Virus record (IMG/VR): IMGVR_UViG_645058793_000001
Location: 1 to 64,000 of that record
Source of the DNA: a virus
Length of the DNA: 64,000 bases
Strand: one strand, 5' to 3'
Part shown: in pieces, positions 18,644 to 27,870 of the stretch
Layout of the letters: each line of letters begins with the position of its first letter
Numbering within the stretch: the stretch's first letter is position 1
The notes under the pieces: model-generated
What the model saw: only the letters and a program-made list of their open reading frames with translations
Database searches by the model: none
What the model was told of the DNA's origin: nothing
Position numbers and translations under genes: made by a program

Positions 18644-18971
18644 ATCCGTAACCTACCAATCCTTCATTAATAATTTTCAAGGCATCTTCTGACGAACGTG
18701 CAATACCGTGAATAACTCCACGGTTGCTTAATGCTTGATGGAAAAATATCTGGTCTTTTCGTGGCCGACCAGTGGCAGTTTTAACTTCTATGTAGAACAC
18801 CTGATTATCTGTCTTACGGAACCCATATAAATCAGGGTGTCCATTCGGTACGCCAGTCATGAACCAACGATCATCTTTAGTCAGAACTTTACCAGTGTTA
18901 ATACGGAAAACAACGTGTCCGTCATGTTCAACTGCAGCACGAATAGCGTTTTGAATATCTTGTTCTCTCAT
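18633..18971 (-). CDS. VRR-NUC domain nuclease (start moved to the internal Met)
   Basis: VRR-NUC motifs (GHPDLYGF ... IEVKTATG ... K); the longer ORF to 19031 would translate the hexamer repeat (NVYVNVNVN), so ATG at 18969-18971 is preferred. Confidence 0.65.
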   Translation of the reverse strand: MREQDIQNAIRAAVEHDGHVVFRINTGKVLTKDDRWFMTGVPNGHPDLYGFRKTDNQVFYIEVKTATGRPRKDQIFFHQALSNRGVIHGIARSSEDALKIINEGLVGYGFDE

Positions 18972-18972
18972 G

Positions 18973-19000
18973 TTTACGTTAACGTTAACGTATACGTTAA
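18973..19000. repeat. ACGTWW hexamer array, copy B (TTTACGTTAACGTTAACGTATACGTTAA); extra partial unit 19015-19028 inside the primase 3' end
   Basis: Seen directly. Confidence 0.6.
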
Positions 19001-21387
19001 TGTTCTGGTATCTTAAACGTATACGATACACCCTCCTTCAACATAATTCCTTTGTATCCACGGCCTCTAGCTGTGCGTTTTGTTTTAAAGCGTTTAGCTA
19101 ACTCACTACCTAACATCTTACGAGTTGGATAATCATCAGGTTCCTCACCAACAAATTGACCCCAAGCATTTGTAACGTCTGGACCTTCTACAAAACCAGC
19201 TTCATTTTCAATGAATGTTTCTTTGATAAATTCGCCAATCGGATCACTGCTTGAATGATATTTTTCGTTTGCTTGTTTCACTGCATAAGGAACGGGACCT
19301 AGTCCTTCGTTACGCCACTTAGTAGCAGCTTTAATAAGGTACCATAGAATTGCACCAGCTTCCGTTTCTAACTTATGACCAAGGTTAACGTCAACGTCTT
19401 CCTCTTTGATTGTTAAATTGAATGGTATGACGTTCGTACGACGCCAGATACCTTCGGACGTATCGTTAATTTGTGGTAAGTAGTTTGTATCAAAGAACGG
19501 TACACCAGCTGATTGGAACTCGTATGGACGATTGTATTTTTCATTGGCAACGAACGTGCCACCACCAGTAAGTTTCTTAATGATTGCTGCGTCTAACTTT
19601 TTATTCTGTGCAATCTCAGATACCGATACCAAACGTGCGCCACGCAAACGCGCTAACTCATCGTTATTGCTGGTACTTTTCTTGCCGTCGTCCATGAATG
19701 TATCTGGGTTAACAGCTGTTACGTAATCTCCTAAGGCGTTTTTAATTGCACTCATCAAAACACCTTTACCATTACGACCGTTACCGTATAGCAAGACGTA
19801 TTCTTGTTCCTCACCATTACCGAACATTGAATATCCAACGAATTTCATCAGATAGTCAACCATGTCAGCGTCACCCAACATAACCTGATTTAGAAAAGTT
19901 TTGAATTCCTTAGGTTCAAGGTTTTTATCAGGCGCAATCAGCGTGCTCTTAGTGAAATATCGCTTAGGGTCATTGTCACTACGCTCACCAGTTGCTAAAT
20001 CATAGACACCATCTGGTGTGTTAATAACACCAACTTCCTTATCGAATATATTGATGTCCACATTAACCATCGAGGCTAGTAACTTCTTAGCACTATTCAA
20101 CCCTTTATCAGTACGTACCGACTTGGCAAATTTATGGAACGCATTAATTGCCGATTTTTTATCTTTTGAATAATTCTTCTCAGCAAGTTCTAAATCCTTT
20201 TGGTCTGGATAATTCTCGACGGTTGGTTCTGGTGGCATGATAGGTTCCTCAGTCTCAAGGATAATATCGCTGAGCTTAATAAACAATTTGTGTACCACAC
20301 GCTCAACGTCACGTTTCCATACCGTTCCGTCGAATACCATAAACGTTGTCTCAGACTTTTCCGAATCAACATGTAACACCTTGTCGCCCCAACGTTCATA
20401 GAAACGTTCTGCCATTCCTTGATCAGTGTAATCATGGTGTGGATAAACCTTTTCTTCGTCACCGTTTCCAATCACAACTGAGAAAGCTTCTGTCTTAGGA
20501 CGATACGTTTCAGTCACGTCAGTAATTGCACGATTAATCGTACCTTCACCATACGTTGACTTACCATGTTTCTCGTCCCATTTATCACGCATCAAACCAG
20601 AGTCTCGGAATATTTCGTCCATGAGATAACGGTCACGACCAGTCCAGAATGCTAATAGATTAACGAACGCTAGGTCAGCCTCCGATGCTGAACCATATTC
20701 GTCTTGCCAGTTACCGTCATAAAGCTTTTTAAAATTAGCACCACCATTAGATGCCAAAGCTTTTTCGATAACTTCTTCTTTAGTTAAATCGTTATGTTCA
20801 ATCACAACATCTTCTAATCTAGGGCGTTCCTCTGGACGAATAAGCGTGTTATATACGTGGTCAATCATTTCTTGTCCGGGAGCATTAATAGTATCTTTGT
20901 GACCCATGATGCTCATACCAGTTAAAGCAAAGAAACGACCTGTGCTGTACATCTCAACAACTTTGTCACCGTCTTGGTTTTGACGCGACTTATCACCGGG
21001 CAAGGTACCTTTAGCAATGATATGAATGCCTTCGTGAGATTGTGACAATTCGGTATATGATCCCATTGCTTCAATTGCCATACCAAGTTGCGTAGTATTA
21101 TAACCTTGTTCATACAAGTCAATCTCATCTTGGTAATGATCCATATCAATACCGAAAAACGGTGGCTTCAAAAAGAAAGCCAAACCGTCTGCATCAAAGA
21201 TTTCCATGTTTGCTAAAGCTTCATCAAAAGTTGTCCATGTACGTTCATCAGTAGAACTAGCGTGTCGGCCAGTCATTGCACTGACAGGAATTTTCGTATA
21301 ACGACTGCTCGTATCGTTCCATTCTTTACGATACAAGCCCCATTGATTAACTGACTTTAATTCTTCTGGTAAGTCTTGATAGCTCAT
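18997..21387 (-). CDS. DNA primase / P4-type (D5-like) primase-helicase
   Basis: 796 aa; C-terminal Walker A NGRNGKGVLMSAI; N-terminal primase-like region; position in the replication module. Confidence 0.75.
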   Translation of the reverse strand: MSYQDLPEELKSVNQWGLYRKEWNDTSSRYTKIPVSAMTGRHASSTDERTWTTFDEALANMEIFDADGLAFFLKPPFFGIDMDHYQDEIDLYEQGYNTTQLGMAIEAMGSYTELSQSHEGIHIIAKGTLPGDKSRQNQDGDKVVEMYSTGRFFALTGMSIMGHKDTINAPGQEMIDHVYNTLIRPEERPRLEDVVIEHNDLTKEEVIEKALASNGGANFKKLYDGNWQDEYGSASEADLAFVNLLAFWTGRDRYLMDEIFRDSGLMRDKWDEKHGKSTYGEGTINRAITDVTETYRPKTEAFSVVIGNGDEEKVYPHHDYTDQGMAERFYERWGDKVLHVDSEKSETTFMVFDGTVWKRDVERVVHKLFIKLSDIILETEEPIMPPEPTVENYPDQKDLELAEKNYSKDKKSAINAFHKFAKSVRTDKGLNSAKKLLASMVNVDINIFDKEVGVINTPDGVYDLATGERSDNDPKRYFTKSTLIAPDKNLEPKEFKTFLNQVMLGDADMVDYLMKFVGYSMFGNGEEQEYVLLYGNGRNGKGVLMSAIKNALGDYVTAVNPDTFMDDGKKSTSNNDELARLRGARLVSVSEIAQNKKLDAAIIKKLTGGGTFVANEKYNRPYEFQSAGVPFFDTNYLPQINDTSEGIWRRTNVIPFNLTIKEEDVDVNLGHKLETEAGAILWYLIKAATKWRNEGLGPVPYAVKQANEKYHSSSDPIGEFIKETFIENEAGFVEGPDVTNAWGQFVGEEPDDYPTRKMLGSELAKRFKTKRTARGRGYKGIMLKEGVSYTFKIPEH

Positions 21388-21403
21388 GTAATCCTCTTTC
21401 TAA

Positions 21404-21436
21404 ATTAACGTATACGTATACGTTAACGTTAACTTT
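21404..21436. repeat. ACGTWW hexamer array, copy C (AATTAACGTATACGTATACGTTAACGTTAACTTT)
   Basis: Seen directly. Confidence 0.6.
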
Positions 21437-21440
21437 AAAA

Positions 21441-21941
21441 TTAAAATGGTAGATCGTCAGCAGAAATATTGACCTCTTCACCACCAGCGAATAAATCAAT
21501 GCCATTAGCACGGTAATCTACTTGTGGGAACTTAGATACGTTGCGTGCCTTCACGCGCAAGTTCTCATATTCCTTACCTTGCCATGATGATTTCTCGTTC
21601 TTAACACGAACTCGTAGTGGCTTACCAACAAAGGCATCTAGGAAATCGCCAAAATCTTTAAATTCTTGTCCTTCATTTAATCCAGCAGCCTTAGCAAATC
21701 CCATTAAGATACTGTTGTTATACTTACCATCAACAGCTTGCGGATACATATCGTCGAAGATGTGTGCGCCACCGAAACGTTGATCAGTAATATCCTTACG
21801 AATAACTAAATCAAAATGTAGACGTGACTTGCCATTTGGATTAGTTCCTTCTTCGGCTTTCTTAACAACAACTTCATATTCACCATCAGCGATATTGTAG
21901 TCGTTATCATTTACTTCTGAAAAATCTAGCTTGAAACTCAT
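21441..21941 (-). CDS. DUF669-like protein (putative ssDNA-binding) with SSB-like acidic C-terminal tail
   Basis: GEYEVVVKKAEEG...LHFDLVI pattern; C-terminal ADDLPF resembles the SSB DDDIPF tail. Confidence 0.45.
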   Translation of the reverse strand: MSFKLDFSEVNDNDYNIADGEYEVVVKKAEEGTNPNGKSRLHFDLVIRKDITDQRFGGAHIFDDMYPQAVDGKYNNSILMGFAKAAGLNEGQEFKDFGDFLDAFVGKPLRVRVKNEKSSWQGKEYENLRVKARNVSKFPQVDYRANGIDLFAGGEEVNISADDLPF

Positions 21942-21949
21942 TGTATAAT

Positions 21950-23305
21950 TTACCTCTTTACAAATTTATGAACCCACCAGTTGTATTTCTTTGGGTATGG
22001 AATGTCTCTCATCGCAGCTTCACGCACAGCTTTATAAACTGAATGCTGCTTTGTTTTGGCTATCGCAAGTAAATCATCAAATGTTTTTGCATCTGAATAC
22101 TCGCGATAATCCAAAGTAATTGTTTCTTTAGTAGGGGCTGATATTAATTGTTCCAGTTCCGTTTCTCGTTTAACTTCATATTGTCGTCTTGAGTTCGGTT
22201 CGAGGAACGTGAATTCTTCATTGAATTTTGGAACTGGTAATTTATCAAATCCCGATTGTTTGGTCTCACCATCTAATGACCAGTCGTGGTCAGTATCAGG
22301 AAAACCGTGTATTGCATAATTACCAACGTGATCAATAATCTTAGCGACTTTACCCGGAACGTATCGCATTGAACGCATAGCGAATTGAATGTACATTGAT
22401 AGCGATTTCGTCGGACGTAGCTGAATAACAGTTTCAACATTAGGAACATCAACACCTTCCAAAAACAATTCCGCATTGGATAGTATCTTGATATCTCCGT
22501 CACGGAACGAATTCATTAACGCAGCACGCTCGTCCTTATGCGTTTTACCGTCAACGTGAGCAGCAGGTATGCCAGCATCATTAAACGCCTGTACAACTGC
22601 CTTAGAACTTTCCACATCAACTGCGTAAACAAATGCTTGCGTGTTGTTAGCTATTCTCTGGTAACTTTTAACAACATCACCGAAGATAACTTTCTTAGAT
22701 GCCTCATGCATCGACTTATTCGTGTAATCACCGCGTGACACTTTCAAACTTTCTAAGTCAAACAGGGTAGGGGCATAATATTCAAACGGCGCTAATCGCT
22801 TATGTTCGATTAGCCATGACACTGACTTGCCAATCACCATACCGTCGGCTACATCTCTAAAACCTTCACCAGATAATCTAACGGGTGTCGCAGTAAACAT
22901 TAACTGAACCACATTATCGAATTGTGCCAGCAAACGTTTATACGTAGCAGCTAAACTGTGGTGGGCCTCATCAACGAACACAACGTCAGGGTGGGTGAGC
23001 TTGTCTTTTTTTCGTTCGATTGTTTTAATCATGCCGACGTCCGCCAAGTCCATGTTTACACCATGCTTAGTAAAACTGTTCTTAACCTGATTGACGATTT
23101 CCACACGATGTACCACGAATAATACGCGGTTGCCCTTGTCGGTGGTACGCTTAGCAATTTCTGCCATAGTAACGGTCTTACCTGATCCAGCCGGGCTAAC
23201 AACCATAACGTGTTTATGACCGTTAGTAAGTTCTTTATAAATCCCATCGATTAACTCCAGTTGGTAATCGTATAAACTAAACGTCAAACTTGAACAAGTC
23301 CTCAC
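21950..23305 (-). CDS. DEAD/DEAH-box superfamily-2 DNA helicase
   Basis: Walker A SPAGSGKT; DEAH box VFVDEAHH; helicase C-terminal domain. Confidence 0.75.
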   Translation of the reverse strand: MRTCSSLTFSLYDYQLELIDGIYKELTNGHKHVMVVSPAGSGKTVTMAEIAKRTTDKGNRVLFVVHRVEIVNQVKNSFTKHGVNMDLADVGMIKTIERKKDKLTHPDVVFVDEAHHSLAATYKRLLAQFDNVVQLMFTATPVRLSGEGFRDVADGMVIGKSVSWLIEHKRLAPFEYYAPTLFDLESLKVSRGDYTNKSMHEASKKVIFGDVVKSYQRIANNTQAFVYAVDVESSKAVVQAFNDAGIPAAHVDGKTHKDERAALMNSFRDGDIKILSNAELFLEGVDVPNVETVIQLRPTKSLSMYIQFAMRSMRYVPGKVAKIIDHVGNYAIHGFPDTDHDWSLDGETKQSGFDKLPVPKFNEEFTFLEPNSRRQYEVKRETELEQLISAPTKETITLDYREYSDAKTFDDLLAIAKTKQHSVYKAVREAAMRDIPYPKKYNWWVHKFVKR

Positions 23306-23963
23306 TAGACGACGCTGTTCGATTATCTAAACGATTCTTAGCGGTAACGAAATCATTACCAGAAAGGATAACGCCACGGTTACCAGTATCAGGATTAATC
23401 ATCATACGACCGACCATATCGGTTAACCCAAGTAATCCGTTACGTGAGTTAGCACGAATTTCTGGAACAAACTTTTTAAATGTTTGACCACTTTCATTTG
23501 GTACATCATCATTGACTTCCCATGCGGTTACCAAAATATTGATTGGTAGCTCATAGATAACTGTCATGATACGTGCAAAATAATTCGTCCATTGTGAGTA
23601 GTGTTGCAGCTCATTACTAATACCGTTCTTAGACTCGCGACCTTTTTCAACGAACCAATCTTTCTCAAGGGAAGATACGTTATCAATCACTAATGTATCG
23701 AAATGATTTTCCTCGATAGTAGTGGGTATATCACGCAGCAATTCCTCCATTGATTGCGAGGGGTGTTGCCGATCAAACGGCACGATAAAAATGTTATCTT
23801 CACCAGCCAATACACGACTGGAATTATCTAAATCAACGACCAACGTCTTACCAGGCAAATTACGAATAGCTGACGTTTTACCAACGCCCGGCTTTCCATA
23901 AAGTAAGATGCGCCAATTGTTGATACGCTTAAGTCCCTTAGCAGGGGCGAAATTAATTGTCAT
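23277..23963 (-). CDS. AAA/RecA-like ATPase (Sak4-like)
   Basis: Walker A YGKPGVGKTS; 228 aa; sits between Gp157-like and DUF669 genes, as in the Sak4 module. Confidence 0.6.
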   Translation of the reverse strand: MTINFAPAKGLKRINNWRILLYGKPGVGKTSAIRNLPGKTLVVDLDNSSRVLAGEDNIFIVPFDRQHPSQSMEELLRDIPTTIEENHFDTLVIDNVSSLEKDWFVEKGRESKNGISNELQHYSQWTNYFARIMTVIYELPINILVTAWEVNDDVPNESGQTFKKFVPEIRANSRNGLLGLTDMVGRMMINPDTGNRGVILSGNDFVTAKNRLDNRTASSSEDLFKFDV

Positions 23964-24298
23964 TTAAAATACCTATTCTTAATTTTTGTAAACGCAGGAA
24001 ATAAATCCAAATCCTTGGCGTATTGATCGAGCGTGCTAATACCAACGTTTAACTCATTGTATATCTGTAAGTAATTAGCATTTTGTAATACCAACTCACG
24101 GAAACGTTTCAAACGTCGTTCACGTTCGTTGCGTAGCTTCTCAGCACGTTTCGTAATGTTCCGTTCATCGTTATACCCAGTGCTTTTTCCTTGTGCAGGG
24201 CGCTCAACAACGGCTGTCAGATTAAGTTCACTTGCTTTATAAAACTTACCAGTGTGGATTTTACTTGGACCCATTGTCCCAACATCATAATCTCCCAT
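23960..24298 (-). CDS. hypothetical protein (112 aa)
   Basis: ORF. Confidence 0.35.
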   Translation of the reverse strand: MGDYDVGTMGPSKIHTGKFYKASELNLTAVVERPAQGKSTGYNDERNITKRAEKLRNERERRLKRFRELVLQNANYLQIYNELNVGISTLDQYAKDLDLFPAFTKIKNRYFK

Positions 24299-24777
24299 TA
24301 ACGTAATCCGAGTGTCTGATTATCCACAATGCGTGCTCCTGGCACTTCAATACCAGACTTAATTGCGTCCTTGATGTCAGCACGCTTTAATGAAACCTTG
24401 TATTCAGCATATTGTGGTGGTACAGATTCTTCATCGTCGATAACAACTTTTGAAGATTTACGATACTTGAATTTAAAATTACCGGCATCGACTTCATTCA
24501 TACCAAATGTATACATCGCTTCATCAACAGCTGACATCATACGACTGATTTTATTTTCAATTGTCTTACGCTTTTCACTTAGCTGCTTTTCCTCAGCTTT
24601 CAATGCATCTCGGTCAGCCTCAAGATTACGAATAACATGCCCATAACCAATTAACTTGTCAGAACTTGCGTCACGAATTGCGTCCAAGGTATCTTGTTTT
24701 AACTCATCATCATCAATATCTGAATTATATAGTCGCAAAAAATCACCTTGCATTTCATATAAGTTCAATCTCGACAC
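24298..24777 (-). CDS. Siphovirus Gp157-like protein
   Basis: Size, coiled-coil composition and position upstream of the Sak4-like ATPase. Confidence 0.45.
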   Translation of the reverse strand: MSRLNLYEMQGDFLRLYNSDIDDDELKQDTLDAIRDASSDKLIGYGHVIRNLEADRDALKAEEKQLSEKRKTIENKISRMMSAVDEAMYTFGMNEVDAGNFKFKYRKSSKVVIDDEESVPPQYAEYKVSLKRADIKDAIKSGIEVPGARIVDNQTLGLR

Positions 24778-24785
24778 ACTCCTTT

Positions 24786-25013
24786 CTAGAAAAAATCTTC
24801 CTCAGTTACTCGTTTAACGGTGACGATATTATCTTCTGTAAAATCCTCTACATCAGCTAAATCGTTCGATAGGGTACTGTATGAACCAACGGTTATCCAA
24901 TACCAAATATCATCACTATTAATGAATTCTGATAAGGTCATGACGTTCTCCACATTGTCGTAAATGGTTGGTTCCTCTTTAGATAACCAATCCATATATT
25001 CATCTAGGGACAT
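24786..25013 (-). CDS. hypothetical acidic protein (75 aa)
   Basis: First ORF of the leftward replication operon. Confidence 0.3.
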   Translation of the reverse strand: MSLDEYMDWLSKEEPTIYDNVENVMTLSEFINSDDIWYWITVGSYSTLSNDLADVEDFTEDNIVTVKRVTEEDFF

Positions 25014-25047
25014 TTGTCACTCCTTGTGTTATAATTTATTAAGTTAT

Positions 25048-25078
25048 CGTAAACGTATACGTGAACGTTAACGTCAAC
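25048..25078. repeat. ACGTWW hexamer array, copy D (CGTAAACGTATACGTGAACGTTAACGTCAAC) in the divergent promoter region
   Basis: Seen directly. Confidence 0.6.
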
Positions 25079-25172
25079 TTACAAGTAATAATATAAATCC
25101 AAACAGGTCAGGGAACTATCAAATATAAAGAATGCCAATAAAACAATTAATTTTATAAGAAAGGTCAATATT

Positions 25173-25517
25173 ATGAACTCGGTAAAAGACTTCGACTTAA
25201 AAGAACGAATAAAAATTTTAGCTGAGCAGCAAGGAAAATCATTAGCGGACATCACAAAAGAATCTGGATATACGTCTGGACGTATTGGTAATTGGTCACA
25301 ATTTTTTCCTGGCATGGCTCAGGTTGAACACATCGCAAGTTTGCTGGACGTATCGATATTAGATTTGTTGCCATACACGGCAGAAGATTTAGGAATTGAT
25401 ACAATACCAGAAACAACACCAAAAGGCGTGTTAATGACGACAGTAAACAAATCAAACTTAACGGACAGCCAGTACATCATATTAGTCGATTTAATTAAAT
25501 CAATGGAGGAAGGTTAA
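25173..25517 (+). CDS. XRE-family HTH regulator (114 aa)
   Basis: HTH (SLADITKESGYTSGRIGNWSQ); first gene of the par operon. Confidence 0.55.
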   Translation: MNSVKDFDLKERIKILAEQQGKSLADITKESGYTSGRIGNWSQFFPGMAQVEHIASLLDVSILDLLPYTAEDLGIDTIPETTPKGVLMTTVNKSNLTDSQYIILVDLIKSMEEG

Positions 25518-26272
25518 TGTCAGCAACCATAACAGCGTTTTATAACAACAAGGGTGGGGTAGCTAAGACGACATCAACAATTAATATTGCTGGGGAATTG
25601 TCTAAGCAACAAAAAAAGACCCTGATAATCGACGCGGATCCACAGGGGCATTCAACATTAAGTTTTGGATATGATGCAGACTCAATTGATGTTGAACTAG
25701 GTACAATGTTGTACAACAAGTTAGAAGGTTCACAAGCAAAAGAATACTTTATTCACATAAACGACTATCTCGATGTTGTACCAGCAAATCAAACGTTAGC
25801 CGATTTCATCGCCTCAAACCCAGAAGGGAACAATTACCTTAATGACTTCCTAAAAGGGCTGAGAGACGAATATGATTACATATTTATCGATATGGCACCG
25901 GCAGTCGACGTTATCCTAGCCAATGTGTTGAATGTAGTTGACGACTTAGTGGTATTATCTAGTCCACAACCATACGCAGTTCGTAATACCGAACGTACTT
26001 TAAACACAACTGACAGCTACAATGTACCAATTCGACGGATAGTTGCAACCATGGTGGATAAGCGTGTCAATACAGATAAAGAATTTCTAGAGCAGTTAAA
26101 GGAAATTGCAACAGAACATAACGTAAAGTTAGCTGATACGTATATTCCAATGCGTGCTGCATTCCGCGACAGTATGGGTAGGTATCAAATGCCGTTATCG
26201 CTAGTTGATGAACCTAGCTATAAAGAGGCACAACAGTATTATCATAAATTAACGAAAGAGTTGGGATATTAA
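25517..26272 (+). CDS. parA: ParA/Soj-family partition ATPase
   Basis: Deviant Walker A NNKGGVAKTT; ParA-like length and motifs (IIDADPQG). Confidence 0.8.
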   Translation: MSATITAFYNNKGGVAKTTSTINIAGELSKQQKKTLIIDADPQGHSTLSFGYDADSIDVELGTMLYNKLEGSQAKEYFIHINDYLDVVPANQTLADFIASNPEGNNYLNDFLKGLRDEYDYIFIDMAPAVDVILANVLNVVDDLVVLSSPQPYAVRNTERTLNTTDSYNVPIRRIVATMVDKRVNTDKEFLEQLKEIATEHNVKLADTYIPMRAAFRDSMGRYQMPLSLVDEPSYKEAQQYYHKLTKELGY

Positions 26273-26273
26273 T

Positions 26274-26522
26274 ATGGCTAAACCACAATTTCTAAGGAGA
26301 CCAACAAACGTATTAAAGCAGGATCCACAACCTGAAAAAGAAGTGGATCTAAGAACTAAAAGCAGTGAGGAAACAGCAACCGAATTATTAGCTGTTAGAG
26401 CAACACCAACAGTTAAGAAATTATTAGATGATTTAGGTAGTGAACTTGGTGTTAGGCAGGGTGGTAGAAGAAAAATTATCGAAGACGCCTTGTTTGATTA
26501 CTATGAAAAACAAAAAGATTAA
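26274..26522 (+). CDS. ParG/ParB-like small centromere-binding protein (putative RHH fold)
   Basis: 82 aa, basic N-terminal tail, C-terminal RHH-like (RRKIIEDALFDYYE); translationally coupled to parA. Confidence 0.45.
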   Translation: MAKPQFLRRPTNVLKQDPQPEKEVDLRTKSSEETATELLAVRATPTVKKLLDDLGSELGVRQGGRRKIIEDALFDYYEKQKD

Positions 26523-26529
26523 GTTTAAC

Positions 26530-26568
26530 GACTGGCTATCGCGTATGTGCAACTGCTAGTCGTTTTTT
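26530..26568 (+). terminator. rho-independent terminator of the par operon
   Basis: ACGACTGG...CTAGTCGT hairpin followed by TTTTTT. Confidence 0.5.
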
Positions 26569-26569
26569 A

Positions 26570-27456
26570 ACGCTATCCAAAACGCTCGCTGTACAAGTGA
26601 ACTTAATGTACGACTAAATTATATCCAGAACCGATTGTTAGTATCCTGCAGTCACTTAGTAGCCTCAAGCCGGCAGGCATTTATCACTTACGTTCTTTTA
26701 AAAATCTTCTAAAACCTTTGACAAGTAACCAAGATTAACGCTTTGAGCGCTAGGAGTGAGTTGAAGATACAGTTCACCCATAAGTCGTAGTATGAACCGT
26801 AACTGAATTGATTAACGCTTCTCGCGAAGTCGGTCGTCTCATCACATCTATCGCTCACTCATAACATTACTTTACCATGTGTCGGATTCCGTATACCTGC
26901 ATGTTTTGATTTCTCAATTTGTAACGTCCATTCGTTTGTCTTACCAAACGAGGAATCGTAGATCAACCTAGTTACCGTTCATAGCGTATAACCACGTCAA
27001 TGTTTTGCCACCCACAAGCCCAGTTAATCATGCGTTAATATTAATATTTAACGTTTAGAAATTTTCCCATTACTGAGTTGGAAGCCAGAGGCAGTGTCCT
27101 TAGATGCGCTCCCCACACCCCGATACACCTGATAGAAAGTAGCATATCGGGAAGCCCTTTGAATAACCGCGGTAACCTCTCCGCGCCACAATGTGGATAA
27201 CCAATGACGAAGGTTTCTCACGCAAAAAAAGAGACTCCAGTTACAATCCATCTGTTGTAATCGAAGTCTCTACTTGCTTGAAATTCTATCTGAAATAGGT
27301 TATAATTATCCTATTAAATAAAGATAGTAATTCTTTGTGAGTCGTTATCAAGGTCTGCCAACCAAGATAACATTTCGATACTCGCAACGTGTGAATGAGA
27401 TTGCTAATATCTGGAACACTTCAAAGCCTGCCAGCTGAGAAGTGTTCTTTTTTTGT
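26570..27456 (+). ncRNA. candidate large structured ncRNA (ORF-free, terminator-bounded)
   Basis: About 900 nt without a credible ORF, GC content visibly above the flanking genes, many local hairpins (e.g. CCGATA...TATCGG, CGCGG...CCGCG), ends at a strong plus-strand terminator at 27414-27456. Confidence 0.25.
27414..27456 (+). terminator. rho-independent terminator
   Basis: GAACACTTC ... GAAGTGTTC 9-bp stem followed by TTTTTTTG. Confidence 0.55.
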
Positions 27457-27559
27457 ATTAAGTTATTTGATGTCTCAATCATAACCTATCGGTGGGCTAG
27501 AAGTCAACAACCAAATTGTAAGAATTGCTAAAGACGTATTAAAGTTTACATAATCTATA

Positions 27560-27754
27560 TTATCGTAAGTTGTTTTTCTTTTCTAATTCCGCTAATTTTT
27601 GACGCAACAACTCGTTTTCAAGCCGTGCGTTCTGCTCGTTAATCTTATTCATTTTATATTGCTGACCTTGATTAGATCCCTCTATAAACGAATTAAATAT
27701 ATACCCGATTGAACCAATAACAAACAATACTAATGCTAATACAAATGGCCACAT
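27560..27754 (-). CDS. small membrane/coiled-coil protein (64 aa), possible lysis accessory
   Basis: N-terminal TM helix then coiled coil. Confidence 0.4.
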   Translation of the reverse strand: MWPFVLALVLFVIGSIGYIFNSFIEGSNQGQQYKMNKINEQNARLENELLRQKLAELEKKNNLR

Positions 27755-27789
27755 AACAATTACCCTCCGTTTTAAATATATTTATTATA

Positions 27790-27832
27790 CACAAAAAGCC
27801 CCACCAGTACCATCAGATACCAGTGGGGCAAT
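27790..27832 (-). terminator. rho-independent terminator (minus strand)
   Basis: GCCCCACCAGTA...TACCAGTGGGGC hairpin followed by T-run on the minus strand. Confidence 0.5.
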
Positions 27833-27834
27833 GG

Positions 27835-27870
27835 GTTAACGTAAATGTATACGTTAACGTTAACGTTATT
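27835..27870. repeat. ACGTWW hexamer array, copy E (GTTAACGTAAATGTATACGTTAACGTTAACGTTATT)
   Basis: Seen directly; lies between the endolysin stop and its terminator. Confidence 0.6.

Noticed and set aside
18971-19031. N-terminal 20 residues of the VRR-NUC ORF (MYRIRLRYQNINVYVNVNVN)
   Set aside because: They are a translation of the ACGTWW hexamer repeat; the internal Met at 18969-18971 gives a sensible start, so the extension is treated as non-coding.
27048-27251. 67-aa minus-strand ORF within the GC-rich non-coding region
   Set aside because: It has no RBS, unusual composition and no coupling to neighbours; it more likely lies in a structured ncRNA or regulatory region.
6383-27870. The possibility that the ACGTWW arrays are a CRISPR array or minisatellite
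   Set aside because: The units are 6 bp with no spacers, and the copies are dispersed singly across 21 kb; this is not CRISPR architecture.
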